From Tolypothrix carrinoi HA7290-LM1 (lineage in GTDB: Bacteria; Cyanobacteriota; Cyanobacteriia; Cyanobacteriales; Nostocaceae), in contig JAHHIK010000002.1 of assembly GCA_019358935.1 (NCBI GenBank), positions 1 through 64,000 on the forward strand: 64,000 bases of DNA, read 5' to 3'. Position 1 is the stretch's first letter, and each line of letters begins with the position of its first letter. The position numbers were made by a program, and so were the translations under genes. This document shows positions 1 to 8,652 of the stretch, piece after piece. Below the pieces are notes generated by a model. It made no database searches. It was not told where the DNA came from and worked only from the letters and a program-made list of their open reading frames with translations.

Positions 1-92
1 AAGACAAATTGAAAGCCGTTCCTAACTGGCAAAAACGGCTTAGAGAATACGTTGAACGGTTGATAGCTGGACAAACGGGAAATGATGGGTAG
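1..92 (+). CDS. 3' end of a small hypothetical protein (partial; ...DKLKAVPNWQKRLREYVERLIAGQTGNDG*)
   Basis: Open frame from base 3 to TAG at 90-92. Its C-terminus loosely resembles the small protein at 39575-39769. Confidence 0.45.
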   Translation, partial: DKLKAVPNWQKRLREYVERLIAGQTGNDG

Positions 93-206
93 GCTTGTCC
101 AGATATTAGCGAACAGCAACTAACCCTCAAACTCTCGCTAATCTTTACTTATACTTTAGATAAAAAATAAAGGACAGTGTATTACAACTAGCCCTTCTAC
201 ATAATA

Positions 207-278
207 CTGGGGCGCTAGGATTCGAACCTAGGAATGGCGGGACCAAAACCCGCTGCCTTACCACTTGGCTACGCCCCA
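207..278 (-). tRNA. trnQ: tRNA-Gln(UUG)
   Basis: Reverse complement TGGGGCGTAGCCAAGTGGTAAGGCAGCGGGTTTTGGTCCCGCCATTCCTAGGTTCGAATCCTAGCGCCCCAG folds as a cloverleaf with anticodon TTG and a TTCGAA T-loop. Confidence 0.97.
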
Positions 279-447
279 ACGATTTCACTTCAATTAGTAT
301 AGCAGTCACTCATGGTGTAATGTCAAGTGCTTTCAAATCTGATTTTGGACAAATGACATCCTTGCCCTTCACTAAAGCCAGATAATGACTATCCGAGCGC
401 GAACATTGTCCTTGAATGTTTTCAGACTAACGAAGTAGTAAATAGTT

Positions 448-572
448 ATACCAATTCTATGTGAGGTTGCGCTTCCCATCTGTGTAGGGGCAATTCATGA
501 ATTGCCCTTACGTGAAGCGAAAGAGCGTGCGTGCGTAATTTGTGTTACGCATCTTCAAGCCAGAATTGGTAT
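448..572. mobile_element. MITE-like element with IS630-type terminal inverted repeats and an internal REP-like palindrome
   Basis: ATACCAATTCT (448-458) and AGAATTGGTAT (562-572) extend imperfectly to ~25 bp. The internal palindrome GTAGGGGCAATTCATGAATTGCCCTTAC lies at 484-511. The same end sequence recurs at 12094. Confidence 0.6.
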
Positions 573-827
573 TACAATTGAAGCATTTTATGAATGCCTG
601 CCGACTTATGTAAGACATTGCCTTCAATTGTCTTGCATCTTAAACTTGTTTGCCCTGGTATTTTAGGTATTTAAACCTTGTCAAATAAAAATAGTCGATT
701 AAAATGATAATACATTTAGGTTATAGCTATCCATGATTGTGATAAATTACCCAAATTGAACGAGAGCTAATTGTCAGCGTAAAAGAAACTGCTTATCTGT
801 TTGCAAATTATTATTTTTAATTTACTT

Positions 828-1160
828 ATGTCTTCTACCAGGTCAAGCATCAACCTCAGGGTCGTTTTTTCATCGCTGTTTAGCTTTTTATTAAATAAAC
901 CCAAACAGCAGCCGAATAAAACTTATGATTATACCCGATACGTCAGCGGACGTGACTATGTATTTGAATTTGTAAATGACTTGAAAAAAGGTTATATGAC
1001 AGGACAGGGTAAAGGTATCAAGCGTGGTGATTATATTTTTTTAAAAAACGGCTCTAACTCTTGTCGATATCAAGTTGAAGAAATTGATTATTACTTGGAC
1101 CCACCAGATATGTGGATGGCTTTACTGTGCGAAGCAATCGTTGATCAACCTGAGTTGTGA
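828..1160 (+). CDS. small hypothetical protein
   Basis: ORF 801-1160; the ATG at 828 is the more plausible start. No recognisable motif. Confidence 0.6.
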   Translation: MSSTRSSINLRVVFSSLFSFLLNKPKQQPNKTYDYTRYVSGRDYVFEFVNDLKKGYMTGQGKGIKRGDYIFLKNGSNSCRYQVEEIDYYLDPPDMWMALLCEAIVDQPEL

Positions 1161-1533
1161 GTTGAATCTCATTTTTGACATCATTAAGCAATATGTCTCC
1201 ACTTAGTAAGATACTATAGGAGCTTGCAGTAAATATAAGTTTAAATTATTTAATATAGATTTTTTATCGGATGCGTCTTTAGTTATAAGCTTTATAATTG
1301 GCGCAACTATAAGCGATCGCTTCAGTCAAATTCACAATATTAAACTTTCACCAACAGCTTGAGTTGATTGTCAGTTGTAACCACCAGTTTAAAAATCTTT
1401 GAATATTGCCTAAAAGAAAGTTATCTTCAAGAACGCTTAAGGTTGATGACACTCAAAGAATATTGATGGCTTATCGGTCAATCAATTGGTGGCTATCCTC
1501 AGTTTCAATGCTGGGTTAGTTTCCAACAATAAT

Positions 1534-1626
1534 AGGACTTACGCAAAAAATCGGCGTAGTTCCTTAATTTACGAGTGCGATAATTCATGAATTATCGCTA
1601 CTTACGATATGTTTTGCCTAAGTCCT
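1534..1626. repeat. small inverted-repeat (MITE/REP-like) element
   Basis: AGGACTTACGCAAAA ... TTTTGCCTAAGTCCT ends with an internal palindrome GCGATAATTCATGAATTATCGC. Confidence 0.55.
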
Positions 1627-2158
1627 GAATAAATTATTTTTCTTTACACGCTCTTAACAAGAATGTGTTTTTTTCATGAACCTTAGATCCAAAGATAACA
1701 TACGTATGTATACTGCCATAAGAGAGGGTACGTAAGTATCTACCAAATACGTGTACCAGGCTGCTTGTTTTAGTAAAATCTACTTTGTGCGAATTGTAGC
1801 CAAGCAAACTTCTCAAAATTTTATACTAGGGCTAATTACTGCCATCCAACTGATGCCATCGCTGACCCTAAAGGCTTTGTGACGATTTTTGCATTTATTA
1901 TTGTCTAGCTGTTAATGGTAGTGATTTTGTCTAATAACTTCTGCTTCCAAGTATGCACCCAGGCATATCGATTCTGATAGCTTGTGTATGGCGATACTCC
2001 ACAGGTCGTGAATTCGCCGATGAGTATTTACCTAAGTCTAAAAAATATATTCGATATTTGGTCAAATCTTCCCGGATATATACGTAAGTACAAGAAAAGT
2101 GATTTATACAAAAGGTAAATACATCATTAATCAAATAGCCAAAGGAAATTTAGAGGAT

Positions 2159-2473
2159 ATGCACTTAAAACAACTAGACCAGAAAATCTCAGAGTCTTCG
2201 ATAATAGAGGCAAATACTGAACAAATTTCTTCGGATCTGGGTGGGGAGGCAGTCATTCTCAATCTCAAGACTGGAGTATATCACGGCTTGAATGAGGTGG
2301 GAGCGCTGATTTGGACTTTGATTCAGGAACCAAAAGCTGTGAAAGATATCAAGCCGATCCTTCTGCAAGAGTATGAAGTTGAACCTCAACAGTGCGATCG
2401 CGACCTGAAAGCATTGCTTGAAGACCTTTTGGCAGCAGGGCTAATCGATGTCAAAAATAATACGACTGTTTAA
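2159..2473 (+). CDS. lasso peptide B1 protein / stand-alone RiPP recognition element (PqqD family)
   Basis: PqqD-type sequence (SSDLGGEAVILNLKTGVYHGLNEVGALIW...EYEV...CDRDLKALLEDLLAAGLI). GAGGA RBS before ATG 2159. Overlaps the B2 gene. Confidence 0.92.
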   Translation: MHLKQLDQKISESSIIEANTEQISSDLGGEAVILNLKTGVYHGLNEVGALIWTLIQEPKAVKDIKPILLQEYEVEPQQCDRDLKALLEDLLAAGLIDVKNNTTV

Positions 2474-2897
2474 ATTTTTTCGGATGGGAGCAAGCGATCG
2501 CCAGCTTTTAATCATGACCTTAATTTTACTAGCAACCATCAGGCTAGGGTTGTGGTTAATGCCCTTTGGTACCCTTTTAAAACTGATAGCAAAAATTAGT
2601 CGGCAAAGCGATCGCCTACAAGTGACACAAGTTTCTGTCCGCAAGATTTCTTGGGCTGTAAAGGCAGTTAGCCGCTATATGCCTGGTGTAAAGTGTTTGG
2701 CTCGCGCTTTGACTACCCAAGTGCTAATGAATCGCAACGGTCACTCTTGCGAACTGCGGATCGGTGTTGCTAAAGGAGAAAAAGGAATTTTAGAAGCTCA
2801 CGCTTGGATAGAACATGAAGGACTAATTGTCATGGGTTATCTAACAGACCTTTCCCGCTTTATGCCACTGCCGTCTCTTGAAGGAGTGAAATTATGA
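2448..2897 (+). CDS. lasso peptide B2 leader peptidase (transglutaminase-like)
   Basis: KCLARAL Cys motif, LRIGV and AHAWIE His motif; lies between the RRE and cyclase genes. Confidence 0.92.
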   Translation: MSKIIRLFKFFRMGASDRQLLIMTLILLATIRLGLWLMPFGTLLKLIAKISRQSDRLQVTQVSVRKISWAVKAVSRYMPGVKCLARALTTQVLMNRNGHSCELRIGVAKGEKGILEAHAWIEHEGLIVMGYLTDLSRFMPLPSLEGVKL

Positions 2898-4915
2898 GTG
2901 GCATTATGGGTATTCACTATCTTGGCGATCGCCCTGTAGACCGGGAAGACCTGGGAATGATGGTGGAAACCTTGGCGCACCGAGGACCCGATGGTGCAGA
3001 TATCTGGATAGATGGGGCGATCGGCTTCGGGCATCGAATGCTGTGGACTACTCCTGAATCTTTGCTAGAAAAGTTACCTTTAGCTAACTCTACAGGCGAT
3101 TTGATTATTACCTCAGATGCTCGCATAGATAACCGCGATGAACTCATAAGTGTGTTACAATTAAATAACTGTGCATCTGAGAAAATTACGGATAGCCAGT
3201 TAATATTGGCTGCTTACGAAAAATGGGGCGAACAATGCCCAAAGCATCTTTTAGGTGATTTTGCCTTTGCAATTTGGGATAAACAAAAGCAGATACTATT
3301 CTGTGCTAGAGACCACATGGGTGTTAAGCCCTTCTACTATCACTTTCAAACAGGTCGAATTTTTGCTTTTGGCTCTGAAATTAAAGCTTTATTGTGTTTG
3401 CAAGAAATACCACGCCAACTCAATGAGGTGAAGGTAGGTGACTATCTGGCAGCAAACTTGCAAGATAAATCCAACACCTTTTACCAGGATATCTTGCGCC
3501 TTCCTCCGGCAAGTAGCCTAACGGTGAATGCTCAAGGTATACAAATACAGTCTTACTGGACGCTTGACCCCAAGCGGGAACTACGGCTGAATTCTGATGA
3601 AGAGTATGCCGAAGCATTGCGGGAAATCTTTGCGGAAGCTGTATGGTGTCGGTTGCGTAGCGCTTTTACCGTGGGTTCTCATCTCAGTGGTGGGTTGGAC
3701 TCTTCTTCTATCACTTGTATGGCACGGCAGTTGCTGATACAAGAAGGAAAAAATCGCTCATTGCACACCTTCTCAAATATCTTTGATGCTGTTCCCGAAA
3801 GTGACGAGCGCTCTTTTATTGAGGCTGTGATTGCCCAAGGTGACATGATTCCTCACTATGTCCACGCTGATGAAATGGGTCCTTTGTCAAACTTAGAGGA
3901 AATTTTCCGCTATCAGGATGAAGCCATTCCTGCACCTACACATTTCTTGGCTTGGGAATTGAACGATGCTGCTCAAAAAGTTGGTGTCCGAGTTGTCTTA
4001 GATGGCTTTGATGGCGATAATACGATATCGCACGGCGAGGGTTATTTCGCTGAACTGGCAAATAAAGGAGAATGGGCAACTTTCGCTCTTGAACTTGACG
4101 CTGTTTATGAACTCACTGGTGCGTCGCAAATGAGTATTCTGCGACAGTATGGTCTGACATCTTTGGAACAACTAGCACGCCAAGGGAAATGGGTTGCTTT
4201 TGTTAAACAGACCAATGAGTTCTTGAAACACTTTAAGGTTTCCCGGCGGCAGATTTTTCTGCGCCACGGCTTAAAACCTTTGCTTCCGCAGTTCGTACTA
4301 CAGATTTGGCGCTTTCTACGCGGACATAGTTTTAATACAAACCCTGACAAATCGATGATTAACCGCAGCTTTGCGAGGCGCATCGGTTTGCAGAAGCGTA
4401 TCGAGCCTTTTAAAGACTTTCTGTCAAGTTTCCCGCCCACAGAAAGGGAGCGACACTGGCGCGGTCTTAGTTCCGGCGTAATAACCCAAGCGCTAGAGAT
4501 ATCAGATCGCTATGCAGCAGCTTTTCAAGTCGAAGTTCGTCACCCGTTTATGGATAAACGCTTGCTGGAGTTTTGTCTGTCTCTGCCTCCTGAACAGAAA
4601 TTTAACAAAGGATGGTCGCGCTTAGTCATGCGCCGTGCCATGAAAAATGTTTTACCTGACCAAGTGCAGTGGCGTCTGGGCAAAGGCAATATGTCTCATA
4701 CTTTTCAGTACGGTCTACTGACACTAGATCGAAAAGTTTTAGATGAGGTAATGCTCAACCACTTGCAAACTGCGGAAACTTACGTAGACACAAATGTCCT
4801 GCGTGCAGCATATGAGCGATTAATATCTGCAAGCAAAGTTAATCTACAGGAAGAGCGTTTGCCAGTTTGGAAAGCAGCGATGTTGGCATTGTGGTTGCGT
4901 TACAGCAAGTTATAG
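2894..4915 (+). CDS. lasso peptide isopeptide-bond-forming cyclase (asparagine synthetase-like)
   Basis: AsnB-like motifs HRGPD, RDHMGVKP, SGGLDS and RHPFMD. The N-terminus is MSGI rather than MCGI, so the glutaminase nucleophile Cys is absent. ATGA overlap with B2. Confidence 0.93.
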   Translation: MSGIMGIHYLGDRPVDREDLGMMVETLAHRGPDGADIWIDGAIGFGHRMLWTTPESLLEKLPLANSTGDLIITSDARIDNRDELISVLQLNNCASEKITDSQLILAAYEKWGEQCPKHLLGDFAFAIWDKQKQILFCARDHMGVKPFYYHFQTGRIFAFGSEIKALLCLQEIPRQLNEVKVGDYLAANLQDKSNTFYQDILRLPPASSLTVNAQGIQIQSYWTLDPKRELRLNSDEEYAEALREIFAEAVWCRLRSAFTVGSHLSGGLDSSSITCMARQLLIQEGKNRSLHTFSNIFDAVPESDERSFIEAVIAQGDMIPHYVHADEMGPLSNLEEIFRYQDEAIPAPTHFLAWELNDAAQKVGVRVVLDGFDGDNTISHGEGYFAELANKGEWATFALELDAVYELTGASQMSILRQYGLTSLEQLARQGKWVAFVKQTNEFLKHFKVSRRQIFLRHGLKPLLPQFVLQIWRFLRGHSFNTNPDKSMINRSFARRIGLQKRIEPFKDFLSSFPPTERERHWRGLSSGVITQALEISDRYAAAFQVEVRHPFMDKRLLEFCLSLPPEQKFNKGWSRLVMRRAMKNVLPDQVQWRLGKGNMSHTFQYGLLTLDRKVLDEVMLNHLQTAETYVDTNVLRAAYERLISASKVNLQEERLPVWKAAMLALWLRYSKL

Positions 4916-4948
4916 AGAACAGTTCAGTATAAAAATTAGTAATATTTC

Positions 4949-4977
4949 TTGATTTATCACTATTTATATGTTAAAAT
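4949..4977 (+). promoter_or_regulatory. putative sigma70-type promoter for the precursor genes
   Basis: TTGATT (4949-4954), 17 nt spacer, TAAAAT (4972-4977), with an extended -10 TG at 4969-4970, ~70 nt upstream of the precursor ATG. Confidence 0.5.
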
Positions 4978-5044
4978 AGAGATGCCGTTACTCTAAGTTA
5001 AAATTAAGAGTTCGGGTTGACAACCAACAATCAGGAGTTTTCAA

Positions 5045-5257
5045 ATGAAGAAAAGCTACTCAGTACCACAACTCGTCAAACACGGAAGCGTCAGCAATAT
5101 CACGGCTTACTCTTTCGACAGTAAAGACGGCGACACATTTTTCGGTCAGACAAACGCAACAAACCAAAATGGTACTGGTTCACTGAATGCTTGCATAACT
5201 TTCAAAACAGGTCCCAAGAAAGGTGATTGCGTGAATCCTTCCGCGAAGGGTTTGTAA
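5045..5257 (+). CDS. lasso peptide precursor, copy 1 (70 aa)
   Basis: Leader has YxxPxL..G.....T (YSVPQLVKHGSVSNITA) with Thr at -2. Asp at predicted core positions 7 and 9. CAGGAG RBS. Confidence 0.9.
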   Translation: MKKSYSVPQLVKHGSVSNITAYSFDSKDGDTFFGQTNATNQNGTGSLNACITFKTGPKKGDCVNPSAKGL

Positions 5258-5425
5258 TAGAGAGCAAGGAATGCTGTAGTAGCCGCTACAGCAAGCTAAA
5301 TAAACAGCTTTTAAAGTCCTTGCAATCAATCTACCTTCGTTGTAGAAGCTAGAGCTTGCCTAGTAAAAGTTTATCTGAATCAAATTAACAGTTCGGGTTG
5401 ACAACCAACAATCAGGAGTTTTCAA

Positions 5426-5638
5426 ATGAAGAAAAGCTACTCAGTACCACAACTCGTCAAACACGGAAGCGTCAGCAATATCACGGCTTACTCTTTCGAC
5501 AGTAAAGACGGCGACACATTTTTCGGTCAGACAAACGCAACAAACCAAAATGGTACTGGTTCACTGAATGCTTGCATAACTTTCAAAACAGGTCCGAAGA
5601 AAGGTGATTGCGTGAATCCTTCCGCGAAGGGTTTGTAA
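5426..5638 (+). CDS. lasso peptide precursor, copy 2 (identical protein)
   Basis: Same translation as copy 1; one synonymous CCC/CCG difference. Confidence 0.9.
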   Translation: MKKSYSVPQLVKHGSVSNITAYSFDSKDGDTFFGQTNATNQNGTGSLNACITFKTGPKKGDCVNPSAKGL

Positions 5639-5745
5639 TAGAGAGCAAGGAATGCTGTAGTAGCCGCTACAGCAAGCTGAATAAACAGCTTTTAAAGTCC
5701 TTGCAATCAATCTACCTTCGTTGTAGAAGCTAGAGCTTGCCTAGT

Positions 5746-5776
5746 AAAGGGCTACGGGCATCCGTAGCCCTTTTTT
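5746..5776 (+). terminator. intrinsic terminator after the precursor genes
   Basis: Perfect stem AAAGGGCTACGG-GCAT-CCGTAGCCCTTT running into a T tract. Confidence 0.85.
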
Positions 5777-5854
5777 ATCCTTCCTTTTGAAGAAGGAAAG
5801 CAGGTTAACACAATCATAATAGCCAACTATAATTTTGTCCAAGGAGACTCAAAG

Positions 5855-6787
5855 GTGTTTGCTTATACTGCCTATAATCTCCGCATTCACTCTGAGTTTC
5901 CTTTTCCGGAACTCAGCAAGAGTGAAGTTTCACAAAAGCCGGATGTGGTGATTTCGCTGCGCTCCCTTAGCCAGTTAGAAACACAAACAGCTGATGGTGC
6001 TAACAAGCTAGTGGCATTTTTAGAGTTAGAAAACTCCACAGCGGGCAGGTTTTTGGTTGAGTCGGGACGCAAGATTGTTGTCGAACCAGACCCAGGAATT
6101 GATCAGGATTTGCTTCGTCCTTTTATTTTGGGACCAGCTTTTGCCGTGTTGCTGCGACAGCGATCGCATCTCGTCCTTCATGCCAGTAGCATTGCGATCG
6201 ATAATGGAGCAGTAGCGTTTTTGGGTCATTCAGGATGGGGTAAGTCAACCTTGGCGAATGCTTTTTACAATCAAGGGTATGGTTTACTTACAGACGATGT
6301 GATGGCGATAAAAGTTGAGAGTAACCCCCCGATTACTTTTCCCAGCTTTCCCCAAGTCAAACTATTACCAGATGCAGCGGCTTCTTTAGGATACGACTTT
6401 GAGAGATTAACTTCAATTCATGCTGGGGTAGCAAAACGGAATAATCGTCTTGACCAAGGATTTTCGCAAATTGCTTTACCAGTCAAGCGGATTTATGTGC
6501 TGGAAAATGTGGCAGCAACGCACAACGAAATACAGCCTCTGTCACCTCAAAATGCTCTGTTGGAACTGGTTGCCCACTCCCGCGCTACCGACTTACTAAC
6601 TACACCAGAGTTTGTTAGCTCTCATCTGCTTATGTGCGCTAATTTGGTGAAGAATGTATCGATATGTCGTTTAAAAAGAAAAAGTTCTTTAGCTGGATTA
6701 CCGGAGTTAGTGAAGCTAATAGAAGAAGATATTGCTCAAACAATATTTGATGAACACGATAATATTCAATTGTTTGCATCTGCCTAA
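5855..6787 (+). CDS. HPr kinase-like P-loop kinase (lasso-cluster kinase type)
   Basis: LHAS motif, Walker A GHSGWGKST and LLTDD. AAGGAG RBS before GTG. Confidence 0.85.
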   Translation: MFAYTAYNLRIHSEFPFPELSKSEVSQKPDVVISLRSLSQLETQTADGANKLVAFLELENSTAGRFLVESGRKIVVEPDPGIDQDLLRPFILGPAFAVLLRQRSHLVLHASSIAIDNGAVAFLGHSGWGKSTLANAFYNQGYGLLTDDVMAIKVESNPPITFPSFPQVKLLPDAAASLGYDFERLTSIHAGVAKRNNRLDQGFSQIALPVKRIYVLENVAATHNEIQPLSPQNALLELVAHSRATDLLTTPEFVSSHLLMCANLVKNVSICRLKRKSSLAGLPELVKLIEEDIAQTIFDEHDNIQLFASA

Positions 6788-6826
6788 GGATATATTTTCA
6801 AACTGAAAATAAAGGGATTTAAAATT

Positions 6827-8650
6827 TTGAATAGAAGATTAGGCAGAGCGATCGCTCGAATTTCTTATTTGCCAAAAACACTAGATTTAGTCTGGACTGC
6901 ATCTAAAAAATGGACGATCGCCTGGGCTATATTACTAGTTATTCAGGGACTAATGCCAGTTGCGATGGTCTACCTGACTCGCTCAGTGGTTGATGGTTTA
7001 GTAGCAGTCATGGGGGCTGGGGCGACTTGGCAGAGCGCTCAACCGATTATAATTCCAGCAGCAGCAATGGCTTGCGTCTTGTTGGTGGGAGGAAGCCTGC
7101 AAAACGTCATGGAATGGGTACGGACGGCTCAATCTGAATTTGTCCACGACCATATCACCACCTTGATTCATCAAAAGTCTGTAGCAGTAGATTATGCCTT
7201 TTATGAATCATCAGAATATTACGATCGCCTGAACCGAGCGCGTAGCGATGCCAGCGGTCAATCGCTTTCTCTGCTAGAAAATTTGGGTAATGGAATGCAA
7301 AACAGCATTACCCTTCTGGCAATGGCAGCAATATTACTTCCTTATGGTGCTTGGCTAGCAGTTGTAATATTAATCAGTGCGCTGCCGTCTTTATATATAA
7401 TCCTAAATCTTAATCGTTATTATCATCGTTGGTGGCAGCAGAACACAACAGAACGGCGACGCGTAGAATACTACGATGCACTCCTCACTAGCAGCCACAC
7501 TGCTGCGGAATTACGACTATTTAACTTGGGTTCTCAGTTCCAGTCTAATTATCTAAAATCACGCCATCGGCTGAGATCGGAATATTTACAAATAGTCAAA
7601 GTCCAAAGTTTAGGGCGCTTTGTTGCGATGATTTTGGGACTTTTCGTTTTTATCGCTCCTCTGAGTTGGATAGTTTGGCGAATCCTGCAAGGAAAGATGA
7701 CCCTTGGTGAACTTGCTCTGTTTTTCCAGGCATTTCAACAGAGTCGCGGCGTTATGAGTTCTTTGCTGGGTAATCTAGGACAAATCTATAAAAGTAGCTT
7801 ATTTATCAGTAATTTATTTGAATTTTTGGAGTTAAAACCGCAAATTGTCAGCCCAACTCAACCCCTAGCTATTCCCAAGCAATTGAAACAGGGAATTAGC
7901 TTTCAACAAGTTAGTTTTGGCTATCCGGGTAGCGATCGCCCTGTCTTAGAAAATTTTAATTTGACAATTCCGGCAGGCAAAATAGTTGCAATTGTCGGGG
8001 ATAACGGTGCAGGAAAGAGTACTTTAATCAAGCTACTTTGTCGTTTTTATGACCCGGAGTCTGGTTGCATTCAACTAGATGGAATCGATATTCGCGATTT
8101 ATCTGTTGCCGAATACCAGCGTTTAATTACAGTTTTGTTCCAGTTTCCTGTTTCTTACTACGTCACCGCTGCCGAAAACATTGCTTTGGGTGATTGGTCA
8201 GCAACTCCGAGCTTAGATGAGATTGAGTTGGCAGCTAAAAATGCTGGCATTCATGAGAAAATTGCTAGCTTACCTCAAGGTTACAACGCAATATTAGGCA
8301 AGTTGTTTCCTGAAGGTACAGAACTTAGCGGCGGACAATGGCAGCGTCTTGCTTTAGCAAGAGCATTTTTGCGACGTGCCGAAATTATTATTCTTGATGA
8401 ACCGACCAGTGCAATGGACCCTTGGGCAGAGTTTGATTGGTTAGAGCGATTCCGCACAATGGCAAATGGACGGACTGCGGTTGTAATTACTCACCGCTTC
8501 ACCTTGGCAATGCGGGCTGACATAATTCACGTCATGCGTGCTGGTGAGATTGTGGAATCAGGAAGCCATGATGAATTGCTGGCTCAGGGTGGTTTTTATG
8601 CCCAGTCTTGGAAAGAGCAAATGGAAGTTACTAGTAGTGTTCCTGTTTAA
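6827..8650 (+). CDS. ABC exporter, fused permease/ATP-binding protein
   Basis: N-terminal TM helices, GDNGAGKST, LSGGQWQR, ILDEPT and ITHR. No N-terminal C39 peptidase domain seen. Confidence 0.93.
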   Translation: MNRRLGRAIARISYLPKTLDLVWTASKKWTIAWAILLVIQGLMPVAMVYLTRSVVDGLVAVMGAGATWQSAQPIIIPAAAMACVLLVGGSLQNVMEWVRTAQSEFVHDHITTLIHQKSVAVDYAFYESSEYYDRLNRARSDASGQSLSLLENLGNGMQNSITLLAMAAILLPYGAWLAVVILISALPSLYIILNLNRYYHRWWQQNTTERRRVEYYDALLTSSHTAAELRLFNLGSQFQSNYLKSRHRLRSEYLQIVKVQSLGRFVAMILGLFVFIAPLSWIVWRILQGKMTLGELALFFQAFQQSRGVMSSLLGNLGQIYKSSLFISNLFEFLELKPQIVSPTQPLAIPKQLKQGISFQQVSFGYPGSDRPVLENFNLTIPAGKIVAIVGDNGAGKSTLIKLLCRFYDPESGCIQLDGIDIRDLSVAEYQRLITVLFQFPVSYYVTAAENIALGDWSATPSLDEIELAAKNAGIHEKIASLPQGYNAILGKLFPEGTELSGGQWQRLALARAFLRRAEIIILDEPTSAMDPWAEFDWLERFRTMANGRTAVVITHRFTLAMRADIIHVMRAGEIVESGSHDELLAQGGFYAQSWKEQMEVTSSVPV

Positions 8651-8652
8651 CT

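Larger units (their letters stand above)
5001..5748 (+). repeat. tandem direct repeat, 381 bp period (5001-5367 and 5382-5748), each copy carrying RBS, precursor gene and 3' UTR
   Basis: The two copies differ at 3 positions that I could see (5008/5389, 5215/5596, 5298/5679). Confidence 0.95.

Noticed and set aside
1727..2090. Repeated TACGTAAGTA upstream of the lasso operon as an operator
   Set aside because: Only two copies, ~350 bp apart, and similar words occur elsewhere; no regulator can be assigned.
2894..4915. Housekeeping asparagine synthetase AsnB
   Set aside because: It lacks the catalytic Cys2 and is translationally coupled to B1/B2 next to YxxP-leader precursors, so it is called a lasso cyclase.
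5001..5748. CRISPR array or pure assembly duplication
   Set aside because: The unit is 381 bp and protein-coding. Three mismatches and distinct flanks argue for real copies, though long reads are needed to confirm.
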